From a virus (lineage: Duplodnaviria; Caudoviricetes): DNA of 24,686 nucleotides. Under the pieces are notes generated by a model that saw only the letters and a program-made list of their open reading frames with translations, had not been told where the DNA came from and did not search any database. The position numbers were made by a program, and so were the translations under genes. Location of the stretch: the IMG/VR virus record IMGVR_UViG_3300020460_000052, positions 1-24,686 of that record; one strand, 5' to 3'. Shown in pieces: positions 1 to 7,615 of the stretch. Within the stretch, counting starts at the first letter, position 1. Each line of letters opens with the position of its first letter.

Positions 1-408
1 CCAGAGTTTGAAGATGAAACTCCAGTAAATCCATTTGATTTCTGGGAGGGTGCGAACTTCAAGTTGAAGATTCGTAAAGTTGAAGGTTATCAAAATTATG
101 ATAAGAGTGAGTTTGAAAAACCTGCACAACTTGTAGAAGATGAGGCTGAACTCGAAAGAATTTGGAAGACACAATATAAATTGAATGAATTTACTGATGA
201 TTCAAATTTCAAAACTTTCGAGGAACTTCAAGAACGATTGAATACTGTTCTTGGTCTTGATTCACCAAAGGTGACCCAGATGTATAAAACCGCTGAGCCA
301 TCTACAACACCAACTGAGAAGCCAACTACGGCTGAAGATTATACTGGTGAAACTACAGGTGAAGAAGATGAAGAGATGTCATACTTTGCTAAACTAGCCA
401 ACGAGTAA
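1..408 (+). CDS. 32: Single-stranded DNA-binding protein (T4 gp32-like), 5'-truncated
   Basis: Frame 1 is open from base 1 and reads PEFEDETPVNPFDFWEGANFKLKIRKVEGYQNYDKSEF. It ends in the acidic tail EEDEEMSYFAKLANE, as in gp32 of marine T4-like phages. The ORF-track start at 64 is internal. Confidence 0.93.
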   Translation, partial: PEFEDETPVNPFDFWEGANFKLKIRKVEGYQNYDKSEFEKPAQLVEDEAELERIWKTQYKLNEFTDDSNFKTFEELQERLNTVLGLDSPKVTQMYKTAEPSTTPTEKPTTAEDYTGETTGEEDEEMSYFAKLANE

Positions 409-421
409 TCTATATAAACAT

Positions 422-2362
422 CTATGCCAGTGCCGTCATCATGTTTAGAGAACTGGTGGTAGGCATTTCTCTCACGGTGTTTTCCGTGTTTTGATATGAG
501 TATGAGTTATTGATTACTGGCATAGATGTTCCTCCACCTCCTCCTTGTGATGCAATCGCAGGTATCATAGCCATCATAGAATCTCTCTCTTGTTTCAATC
601 TATTGTTATCAATTATGTCACCGATAATTTGATTGAATTTCTTTTCGGTAAATACTAATTCTTGACCTTGTGCAGTTGGTTGATCTCCAACTAAAACACT
701 TTGCATTGAACCTGGACTATAAGCACCAAAACCTCTTGCTTGTTTGTCTTCAGGTCTGAGTTTTATTTTTTTAAGTCTCTGTTGGTCTCTAAACATTTTT
801 ACTATTTGTCCACCTGTATCAAATAGATTTGGTGTAGTTAAAGGATGCATATTAGGACCTACCTCTTCTATTCTGCTTTGCATTTCTGTAGGTACCCAAT
901 TTCTCCAATTGGTATTTTCATTTGCATTTATCTGTTCATTATTATCAAGTTTTCTTTGCAAATATTCTCTGAGATAGAATGCTAAATCTTGTGAACCTGA
1001 TGCCTCTATTGATGCTTCGGCGGTCTTTTTAACATTTTCTCTTTGGGCTACGGCGGTATCTGATTTACTAAATTCAACTTGTATAGCATCAGATTCTTCT
1101 TTAAGAATTTTTCTCGCTAATGATTGATCTTCTTTCAGAACTATACCCTCTAAATCCGCATTAACATCGCCTTTTTCAATTTCACCTGCTTGAAGCGAGG
1201 CAACAATTTTTCTTCTCAAAGCAAGTTCACGTAGTTTTTCTTCTTTTTCTCTATATTTTGGTCCTTGTCCAGTTTTACCTTCTTCTTCTAATGCCTTTTG
1301 CATTTCGAGTATTTGATTATCAAGTGATTTGATTTTACCTCTTCTTTCAACTTTTGATTGAAAATGCTTATCGAGAAAATATGTCGCAAGAGATCCTAAC
1401 AATAAACCTACAAGACCTCCAAATAACATACCAAGAGGTCCGCCTACCATACCTATAGCGGCACCTGCTTTAAATCCTGCCATACTTCCTAATACTGCAC
1501 CTCCTGCAGAAAGCATCATAAATTTTAAAGGATTTCTTCCTATAGCATCTTGCATATCCGCCGAACCTAAAGCACCAGCAACACCACCTAAAGCACCACC
1601 TATTAATGCACCTAAGACAAGCCCTTTTATACCGAATGATGATCCAAATTTTGCTCCTGCTAACGCACCACCAACTAATCCTAAACCTCCAGTCACCAAA
1701 GGTGATACATCACCAGTAAAGATATCTCCAAGAGATTCATCATCGTCTAATGATTTGGCAACTAATGATAAACCACCAGCAACTAATGCACCAGCAATTG
1801 CCGCCTTAGGTCCGCCAAAAGCAACACCTGCTAATGCCCCTCCAGCAACTGTTGATAAAAAATCATTTTTCTTTAAAAACTCTGTAAAAATAACATCCAT
1901 TTTACCAGTGAATGTTTCTTCTTTTTCTATATTTTTTTTGATCGATTCCCATATACCAGGTGCTAATAATAGACCGCCCATCAAACCTGCAAGACCTTTA
2001 TAGAACCCACCGCTGAATTTTACGCTATTCCAGAGACCTGTAAAAATTCCTTTACCAGCAGAACCTAATGCTCCTGTTAAAAAGAAATCCATAAACTTAC
2101 CGAGAATGCCTTTAGATGGAATTTTTTTGTCAAAAAGACCTTTACCACTTTTGCCAGATACTTTTACTGCATCTTTTTTTGCTTCAAGTCCTTCTTCTAA
2201 TCTTCTACGTGCATCTGCTCTATCTGATTTTAAAAAATATGCAGTGAGATTTCTAATAGATTTTGTTGTTTCTCTTTGGGCTTCAAGTTGACCTTTATTT
2301 TGCTCTTTGAGTGAACTTACAAGGCTCTCAAATTCCATTTTTCCTAATGTTTTTCTGGCCAT
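422..2362 (-). CDS. Probable tape measure protein (gp29-equivalent)
   Basis: 646 aa with an N-terminal coiled coil, a long Gly/Ala-rich hydrophobic region (about aa 85-330) and a helical charged middle. The C-terminal ARGFGAYSPGSMQSVLVGDQPTAQGQELVF resembles the A-x-GG...LVGE-x-GPE motif near tape measure C-termini. It lies directly downstream of the gp26/gp51-like pair. Confidence 0.65.
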   Translation of the reverse strand: MARKTLGKMEFESLVSSLKEQNKGQLEAQRETTKSIRNLTAYFLKSDRADARRRLEEGLEAKKDAVKVSGKSGKGLFDKKIPSKGILGKFMDFFLTGALGSAGKGIFTGLWNSVKFSGGFYKGLAGLMGGLLLAPGIWESIKKNIEKEETFTGKMDVIFTEFLKKNDFLSTVAGGALAGVAFGGPKAAIAGALVAGGLSLVAKSLDDDESLGDIFTGDVSPLVTGGLGLVGGALAGAKFGSSFGIKGLVLGALIGGALGGVAGALGSADMQDAIGRNPLKFMMLSAGGAVLGSMAGFKAGAAIGMVGGPLGMLFGGLVGLLLGSLATYFLDKHFQSKVERRGKIKSLDNQILEMQKALEEEGKTGQGPKYREKEEKLRELALRRKIVASLQAGEIEKGDVNADLEGIVLKEDQSLARKILKEESDAIQVEFSKSDTAVAQRENVKKTAEASIEASGSQDLAFYLREYLQRKLDNNEQINANENTNWRNWVPTEMQSRIEEVGPNMHPLTTPNLFDTGGQIVKMFRDQQRLKKIKLRPEDKQARGFGAYSPGSMQSVLVGDQPTAQGQELVFTEKKFNQIIGDIIDNNRLKQERDSMMAMIPAIASQGGGGGTSMPVINNSYSYQNTENTVREMPTTSSLNMMTALA

Positions 2363-2363
2363 T

Positions 2364-2498
2364 TTATCTCTGGTTTTGTTGATCTCTCAACTTTTCGTTT
2401 TCCTCTTGAATATGTTGTATCAATAATGTTATGTAAATATCTCTTTCATATGGTATCATTTCATTTAGTTCAGTTAAACTATATTTGTGATGTTGCAT
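2364..2498 (-). CDS. 51: gp51-like baseplate hub assembly ORF (44 aa from ATG; the frame is open upstream past the gp26 stop and is probably expressed as a frameshift fusion)
   Basis: Not in the ORF track. Manual translation gives MQHHKYSLTELNEMIPYERDIYITLLIQHIQEENEKLRDQQNQR*, matching the short 'gp51' of cyanophage-type T4-like phages. There is no Shine-Dalgarno upstream of the ATG. Confidence 0.85.
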   Translation of the reverse strand: MQHHKYSLTELNEMIPYERDIYITLLIQHIQEENEKLRDQQNQR

Positions 2499-2537
2499 TA
2501 ACTGAAAGTTAGTAACGTAATGGTTCTGTAAAGATTC

Positions 2538-2549
2538 GTGACACAGGCT
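2538..2549. repeat. 12-bp inverted repeat, left copy (GTGACACAGGCT on +)
   Basis: Exact reverse complement of 3307-3318. On the mRNA it starts 5 nt 3' of the slippery heptamer. Confidence 0.9.
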
Positions 2550-3292
2550 TATGCGAAAAAATCTTCTATTCCACTTAAAGTTACATGTTCAGTACAACCA
2601 CAACCATCACACACATAATCAAATTCATGCCTTAGATAAGGCATAGTTTGAAAAAAATTTCTCATATCTTCAAACTGTTTTGTATTCAAACTATTTAAAA
2701 AATCTAACATCTCTTCTTTTGTATGGTCATCAGTATAAAAAACTGAATCGTCTTGATAAATCATTTCTATATTATCAATCATAATGTCAAAGACTGCATC
2801 AATTGCATTTACTTCTTCATCATTGTCAAATTTATTAAATCTATTGTACATGTCTAAACCTGGGTATTTCATAACAACACCAACATTATCAGATAAATCT
2901 ATCTTTTTAGTATGTCCTTCAAGTGATGTTGGTTTGATCTGTTTTAGATTTATTTTTACATCCTGTATATGCTTACATTCTTCTTTATTTGAATTTAAAT
3001 CGTCAGGATGTTTAAATCTTAAAACAATTTCTTCACCTACCGAAACACTTCTCATGCTCAAAAATAAATATTGAATATCAAAAATCGGTAATTTCTCGAC
3101 ATCTATATCATTCATCACGCAACTTGAAATAATTTGTTTCATTGATCTCATCATTTCTTGTTCATCATTACTTTCTAATGCCATCAACAAAATTTTTTCT
3201 TCTTTCACCAAGAACGGACGATATTGTATCGTTTCTCCCGATGATGTTAGAGTCAATTCATAAGTTGGTGCATTAAGCACCGGTAAAGCCAT
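2549..3292 (-). CDS. 26: gp26-like baseplate hub assembly protein / tail assembly chaperone
   Basis: MALPVLNAPTYELTL...YRPFLVKEEKILLMALES, LPIFDIQYLFLSMRSVSVGE, GVVMKYP, and a C-terminal CDGC...LSGIEDFFA. Shine-Dalgarno AAGGAG at 3303-3298. Confidence 0.88.
   Translation of the reverse strand: MALPVLNAPTYELTLTSSGETIQYRPFLVKEEKILLMALESNDEQEMMRSMKQIISSCVMNDIDVEKLPIFDIQYLFLSMRSVSVGEEIVLRFKHPDDLNSNKEECKHIQDVKINLKQIKPTSLEGHTKKIDLSDNVGVVMKYPGLDMYNRFNKFDNDEEVNAIDAVFDIMIDNIEMIYQDDSVFYTDDHTKEEMLDFLNSLNTKQFEDMRNFFQTMPYLRHEFDYVCDGCGCTEHVTLSGIEDFFA
2555..2561 (-). promoter_or_regulatory. Putative -1 programmed ribosomal frameshift heptamer U_UUU_UUC
   Basis: The minus strand reads GAT TTT TTC GCA TAA, an X_XXY_YYZ pattern in the gp26 frame. 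The -1 frame (TTT TTT CGC ATA AGC...) is open and in frame with the gp51-like ORF. Confidence 0.75.
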
Positions 3293-3306
3293 AATGTCTC
3301 CTTGTT

Positions 3307-3318
3307 AGCCTGTGTCAC
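3307..3318. repeat. 12-bp inverted repeat, right copy (AGCCTGTGTCAC on +)
   Basis: Exact reverse complement of 2538-2549. It lies in the 32-nt intergenic gap, 3 nt upstream of the gp26 Shine-Dalgarno on the mRNA. Confidence 0.9.
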
Positions 3319-3324
3319 AAAATA

Positions 3325-3930
3325 TTATCCTCCTTGATTGCTATTTGGATTTTGCAATCTATCAGCAGGGTTTAAAGTTTGCTGAGAAGGGGTATTAAAT
3401 TGAAGATCTTTTGCCTTCCATTTTCTATAAGAAAATGTAACAGAAAATTTTGCATAGTCATTCATCTGACCAAATCCTACGTTTATAGCACTTACGTTTT
3501 GAGGAAAAACTTCTAAATAATCTATCTCGTACATTACTTCATTATGATTATCCAACAATTGTAGATTAATATTTCCTACCAAACTATCATAATACTCTAC
3601 ATCAAAAGTATTAATATCAATAATATAATCTGCCCATTTATCAAAAAATCTTTTTTCTATTAGATAAGCATCTGAACACATAAAAGTAAACGTTGACTCT
3701 ATAAATTGTACATTATATGGTATTTGTCTTATTGGTCCATATAATCTTGCATCACTTCTAGAAAATGATCTGCCTGGAAGTTCTGCACTTTCTACCGTCA
3801 TAGCCAATGTTTGTGTGTCAATACTTGAAGCGAGTTGAACTGAAGAAGGGCAATATATTTTTGCAATATACCTATTTACTGGTACAGGATTAAAACTTGT
3901 AAGGTCTGTTAATTTTCCTATGTCTATCAT
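3325..3930 (-). CDS. Baseplate-tail tube initiator / tail-tube-family protein (gp54-like)
   Basis: AELPGRSF...YGPIRQIPY, FFDKWADYI, EVFPQNVSAINV and FSVTFSYRKW are gp19/gp54 tube-fold motifs. Its position after gp2 fits gp54. Confidence 0.75.
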   Translation of the reverse strand: MIDIGKLTDLTSFNPVPVNRYIAKIYCPSSVQLASSIDTQTLAMTVESAELPGRSFSRSDARLYGPIRQIPYNVQFIESTFTFMCSDAYLIEKRFFDKWADYIIDINTFDVEYYDSLVGNINLQLLDNHNEVMYEIDYLEVFPQNVSAINVGFGQMNDYAKFSVTFSYRKWKAKDLQFNTPSQQTLNPADRLQNPNSNQGG

Positions 3931-4529
3931 TTGATCATGCTCCTACTATGCCCCCAAACTACGAGTTTGTTTTCTTTCTTAAAACGTTCTGTGGGTAGAA
4001 ATAATGCTATTTCTCGTTCATCATCTGCAATTTCAACGACCTTAGAACTTATGTGTTTGTACAAATATCTTTTGACTGTTGGTTTTACTTCTTTAATTCT
4101 TGACAGTGCTTTCCAATTAATACCTCGTGCTTTATCGATCTCGTCCATTAATTTTGCTCTCAAGAGAGGAGGTAAATAGTGCATATTACACCCAATGAAA
4201 CCATTTGGCTTAAAATCAAATACAAGAACAAGAGGAAATCTATCATAGTATTTTAATTCTTTCTTATATTTTGGATCATAAAAATATGCAAACATTGAAC
4301 CAGGCCCAATATTACGTTTGCTTGTCTTTTTTGATCTCTGATAGAATTCATCAGCAGTATCAACTTTCGTAAACTTACTTCTTAATTCTGATTTTAATGC
4401 CCTGGCTTTTCTCTGAAACCAATCTCTTGCGTTTCTTGTTTTTACATTGCCTTGACTTTTGTTTAACGCATCCTTGAGTTTTTCAAGAAACGATTTTTCT
4501 CTTTCAGCCATACTATTATTTATTGCCAA
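3927..4529 (-). CDS. 2: DNA end protector protein (T4 gp2-like)
   Basis: YFYDPKYKKELKYYDRFPLV, GCNMHYLPP, VKRYL and ALFLPTERF motifs. Adjacent to gp4. Confidence 0.9.
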   Translation of the reverse strand: MAINNSMAEREKSFLEKLKDALNKSQGNVKTRNARDWFQRKARALKSELRSKFTKVDTADEFYQRSKKTSKRNIGPGSMFAYFYDPKYKKELKYYDRFPLVLVFDFKPNGFIGCNMHYLPPLLRAKLMDEIDKARGINWKALSRIKEVKPTVKRYLYKHISSKVVEIADDEREIALFLPTERFKKENKLVVWGHSRSMIK

Positions 4530-4956
4530 AGATGTGATCTTCAGTCAAAATCTGAAACTTCCAACCTCTATCTTTACAATATTCAGTTGCGGCTTTCCAC
4601 TTTGCTTCATTTACACCATATGTGTAAACTTCTCGTAGATATCTTTTTGTTATACGTGATTTCTTTTTAGGCGCAGTTGTTTGTGCTTTAGGTTTGACTT
4701 CTATTAGAATACCTTCTTTAATACCTTTGTTATTCAATACTTGAATCCAGAAGTCTGGAAAATATCTATGTACTTTTTTGTCGATAGGTGAACGATATGG
4801 AATAACAATTTCTTCACTCGACCATTTTAGAATACTTGGATTGTCATCACAATACAACATAAACTTACGTTCCCATAATGAACGGTATGTTACACTTGTA
4901 GGATCACCTTTATATTTATCAAGATTTTTAACTTTGTACCGACCTTTGTAACTCAT
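4516..4956 (-). CDS. 4: Head completion nuclease (T4 gp4-like)
   Basis: YKGRYKVKNLDKYKGDP, YRSLWERKFM, WSSEEIVIPY, HRYFPDF, IEVKP and VNEAKWKAA (PD-(D/E)XK nuclease). Confidence 0.94.
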   Translation of the reverse strand: MSYKGRYKVKNLDKYKGDPTSVTYRSLWERKFMLYCDDNPSILKWSSEEIVIPYRSPIDKKVHRYFPDFWIQVLNNKGIKEGILIEVKPKAQTTAPKKKSRITKRYLREVYTYGVNEAKWKAATEYCKDRGWKFQILTEDHIFGNK

Positions 4957-4980
4957 ACTAAATATTATGTATATCAGGAG
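4957..4980. promoter_or_regulatory. Divergent control region with putative T4-type late promoters and a ribosome-binding site
   Basis: ACTAAATA at 4957-4964 (+), TATACATA at 4973-4966 (-; one mismatch to TATAAATA) and AGGAG at 4976-4980, all between the two divergent structural operons. Confidence 0.55.
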
Positions 4981-4984
4981 AATA

Positions 4985-5923
4985 ATGTCTAACCCAGTAG
5001 AAAAAATTCAAGCATTAAAAAGTCAAGGTGAAAATGATTTTGCCTTTCCTTCTTCATTAGGTGGCTCAAGCGAAGAAAAACATTTTACTTACATATTGAT
5101 TAAGGATATCGAAAAAGGAGGAAAACAAACATTAGTAGGTACAATTGCATTACCTATGCCTTTGGATATTGTTGATGATTATAAAGTAGAATATGCAGAT
5201 GCTAATTTAGGACCTTTAGGTGCTACTGCGGTAGGTGTTGGCGGAAGTATTGCAAGTGAGCCGAGTTTAGATAATATAAAAAAATCACTTTTGAGTGGTT
5301 TAGGATCATTTAATTCAGGACTGCTTGGACAAGTTGTTGCAAAAAAAGCAATATCTATGATACCTGGAATTAGTACAGGTGATGGACGAGCCGCCGCTGG
5401 ACAGATTGTAACATCTGCTACAAATAAAGCAGTGAACCCATACATTACAGGCGTATTTAAAAGTATAGGTTTTAAAACTTTTAATTTTACTTTTAGATGT
5501 CATCCAAGAAATTCAACAGACACACAAAATTTAACACAAATTATTAAATTTTTTAGAAATTCTATGTTACCTGATGATGTCGTAGTTGATGTAGATTTTG
5601 GTGATCCAGAGTTTACTTACAAACAACAAACAGGATTGCAAACATTACCAAGAAGATTCTATTTAGATTTTTTTACTTCAACAGGTGACTTTGGAGTAGA
5701 AGATGCACAACTCTATGGTTCTCGCTATTTGCCTAGTATCAATGATGCCGCCATGACCAGTTTTTCAGTTGATTATGAGACGGAAGGGGCACCTGCATTT
5801 CATAAAAATTCATCGCCAGTTAGTACAATCTTAAACATGACATTTACAGAATCTAAAATTTATACCAGAGATAATGTAAGAAAAGAAAATGATAGGTATC
5901 AAATTTTACAGGAGAAATTTTAA
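4985..5923 (+). CDS. 48: Baseplate tail tube cap (gp48-like), copy 1
   Basis: IALPMP...DDYKVEY, AVNPY...FKSIGFKTFNFTF..HPRN, IIKFFRNSMLP and LNMTFTE. The start is placed at ATG 4985 because AGGAG precedes it; the ORF track gives 4967. Confidence 0.8.
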   Translation: MSNPVEKIQALKSQGENDFAFPSSLGGSSEEKHFTYILIKDIEKGGKQTLVGTIALPMPLDIVDDYKVEYADANLGPLGATAVGVGGSIASEPSLDNIKKSLLSGLGSFNSGLLGQVVAKKAISMIPGISTGDGRAAAGQIVTSATNKAVNPYITGVFKSIGFKTFNFTFRCHPRNSTDTQNLTQIIKFFRNSMLPDDVVVDVDFGDPEFTYKQQTGLQTLPRRFYLDFFTSTGDFGVEDAQLYGSRYLPSINDAAMTSFSVDYETEGAPAFHKNSSPVSTILNMTFTESKIYTRDNVRKENDRYQILQEKF

Positions 5924-7038
5924 TGTCACCGCAGGAAAAATTAGAAAATATAAAACGAAGTCTAGGTGTTACTACAATTGAAAAATTTCCTGAAAATGTT
6001 GCTAGTGATGAAGTTGGTCATTTTATGATGATAACCGAGTATCAATTTAAAAACACAAATACAAAAAACAGAGATGCTTTAACTCGTTTTTCAGAACAAA
6101 TAACAACTACTGCACCATATGAATCACGTAATGCATTTGCTTTGTACTTACCAAAAGGTTCTTTAAAAACACAATATTCTGCAAGTCATGAAAAAGTAGA
6201 CTTTGGATTTTTTGGTGCCTTGTTAAATTCAGAGTCATCAGATATTTTAAATCGATTACAAGCACAACTTCCAGGTATTATGCAATCTGATAGGAATGAC
6301 ATAAGCAAATCATTTAATTTTTATAAAAATATTGCGACAACTGTAGGTGATGAATTATCACCAAATGTGAATAGATATATTAATCAAGATATGAGTACAA
6401 AAATGGCATTTAACATTGGTCAAGCGGTTGGTGGATTATTATTATCAAAAGATAAGACTGCATCAGTGGCATCATTATCTATGAGAAAAACTGGAAATCC
6501 ATATTCTACGTTAGTTTTTGCAGGTGTTAAAGAACGAAGACAACATGCATTCTCATTTGATTTTTACCCAAGAAGTTCTTTGGAATCTGAAAACATTTTA
6601 AAAATCATAACAAAATTGAAAGCAGGTATGTTACCTGATTATCATAAACCTGATGTTGAAAATAAAAAAAAGGTTGAAAAATATCAAGTTGAAAAACTTG
6701 AAACTAAACTGCGGTATGACGTTCTGAGCGGTCTAAGCACAAATGTAACCTCCATAAAAACAAAACCTGCATCAGATGCTCAAACAAATTTATTGAAGTC
6801 GGCATTTTTCAATTATCCAAATGTTTACACAATAAAATTTTACAAAACAAACGGCACGAAAAATGAATTTCTTCATCAGATAGGTCAGTCATCAATATTA
6901 AATTTAAAATTGTCATATGGTGAAGGAGGTCAGCAAGTGTTTTTTAAAAATGGTGCACCTCAACATGTCAAAATGGATATCACTTTCAAAGAAAATTTTG
7001 CATTATCAAGAAATCTTGCTAAAAATTTAGAGGGTTAA
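5923..7038 (+). CDS. 48: Baseplate tail tube cap (gp48-like), copy 2
   Basis: FALYLP...TQYSASH, GNPY...FAGVKERRQHAFSFDFYPRS, IITKLKAGMLP, FFNYPNVYTIKF and MDITFKE. Immediately upstream of gp53. Confidence 0.78.
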   Translation: MSPQEKLENIKRSLGVTTIEKFPENVASDEVGHFMMITEYQFKNTNTKNRDALTRFSEQITTTAPYESRNAFALYLPKGSLKTQYSASHEKVDFGFFGALLNSESSDILNRLQAQLPGIMQSDRNDISKSFNFYKNIATTVGDELSPNVNRYINQDMSTKMAFNIGQAVGGLLLSKDKTASVASLSMRKTGNPYSTLVFAGVKERRQHAFSFDFYPRSSLESENILKIITKLKAGMLPDYHKPDVENKKKVEKYQVEKLETKLRYDVLSGLSTNVTSIKTKPASDAQTNLLKSAFFNYPNVYTIKFYKTNGTKNEFLHQIGQSSILNLKLSYGEGGQQVFFKNGAPQHVKMDITFKENFALSRNLAKNLEG

Positions 7039-7039
7039 C

Positions 7040-7615
7040 ATGTCAGAGTATTTTTCAAATCTACCATTAATTACATATGATTTAGATAGAAAGAAACCAT
7101 CTACTGAATATGTGGCGGTAGACATTTTTAGAAGAAATTTTGTAAGAGATAAAGTTCTATCAAATATAACATCATACTATCCTTATCAAGTTCAAGAAGG
7201 CGAGAGACCTGATACTCTTGCACACATGTATTATGGTTCAGTAGATTTTATGTGGTTAATATTATATGCAAATGAAATTTTTGACGTATATTATGACTGG
7301 CCTTTTTTTGGGCGACAATTCGAAAAATTTGTAGAAAATAAGTATGGTTCGATACTCTCTGCATCAAATACGGTTCATCATTATGAGCAAATTTTAAGAA
7401 CAGAAGTGGCGGCAACTGCTGATACAGAGAGAATACTAGAAAAGACAGTTCATGTAGATAAGAATACCTATGATAATTTACTTGCGAGTGAACGAAAAAG
7501 TATAAGTAATCTAGATTATGAAGTTTTAGAAAACGAATCAAAAAGAAATATTATTTTAATCGAAGATGTATATGCACAACAAATTTTAGAGGAATCTAGA
7601 ACATTATATGGCTGA
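7040..7615 (+). CDS. 53: Baseplate wedge subunit (gp53-like, LysM-related)
   Basis: MSEYFSNLPLITY, YQVQEGERPDTLAHMYYGS..FMWLILYANEI.D.YYDWP, KYGS, VHHYE and ENESKRNI. Confidence 0.92.
   Translation: MSEYFSNLPLITYDLDRKKPSTEYVAVDIFRRNFVRDKVLSNITSYYPYQVQEGERPDTLAHMYYGSVDFMWLILYANEIFDVYYDWPFFGRQFEKFVENKYGSILSASNTVHHYEQILRTEVAATADTERILEKTVHVDKNTYDNLLASERKSISNLDYEVLENESKRNIILIEDVYAQQILEESRTLYG

Noticed and set aside
409-421. TATAAACA promoter-like motif or a terminator between the convergent gp32 and tape measure genes
   Set aside because: The gap is only 13 nt with no GC hairpin or U-tract. The motif is an imperfect match in AT-rich DNA with no downstream sense gene.
744-2291. Plus-strand ORFs of 61-82 aa opposite the tape measure gene
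   Set aside because: Antisense shadows of a long gene with biased codon use and no recognisable motifs.
2538-3318. The 12-bp inverted repeats as DNA inversion sites or transposon ends flanking gp26
   Set aside because: No recombinase or transposase is present in the window, there is no evident target-site duplication, and inversion would break an essential operon. The G-U extension and the placement beside the Shine-Dalgarno and slippery site favour RNA pairing. Read mapping for inverted junctions would exclude it formally.
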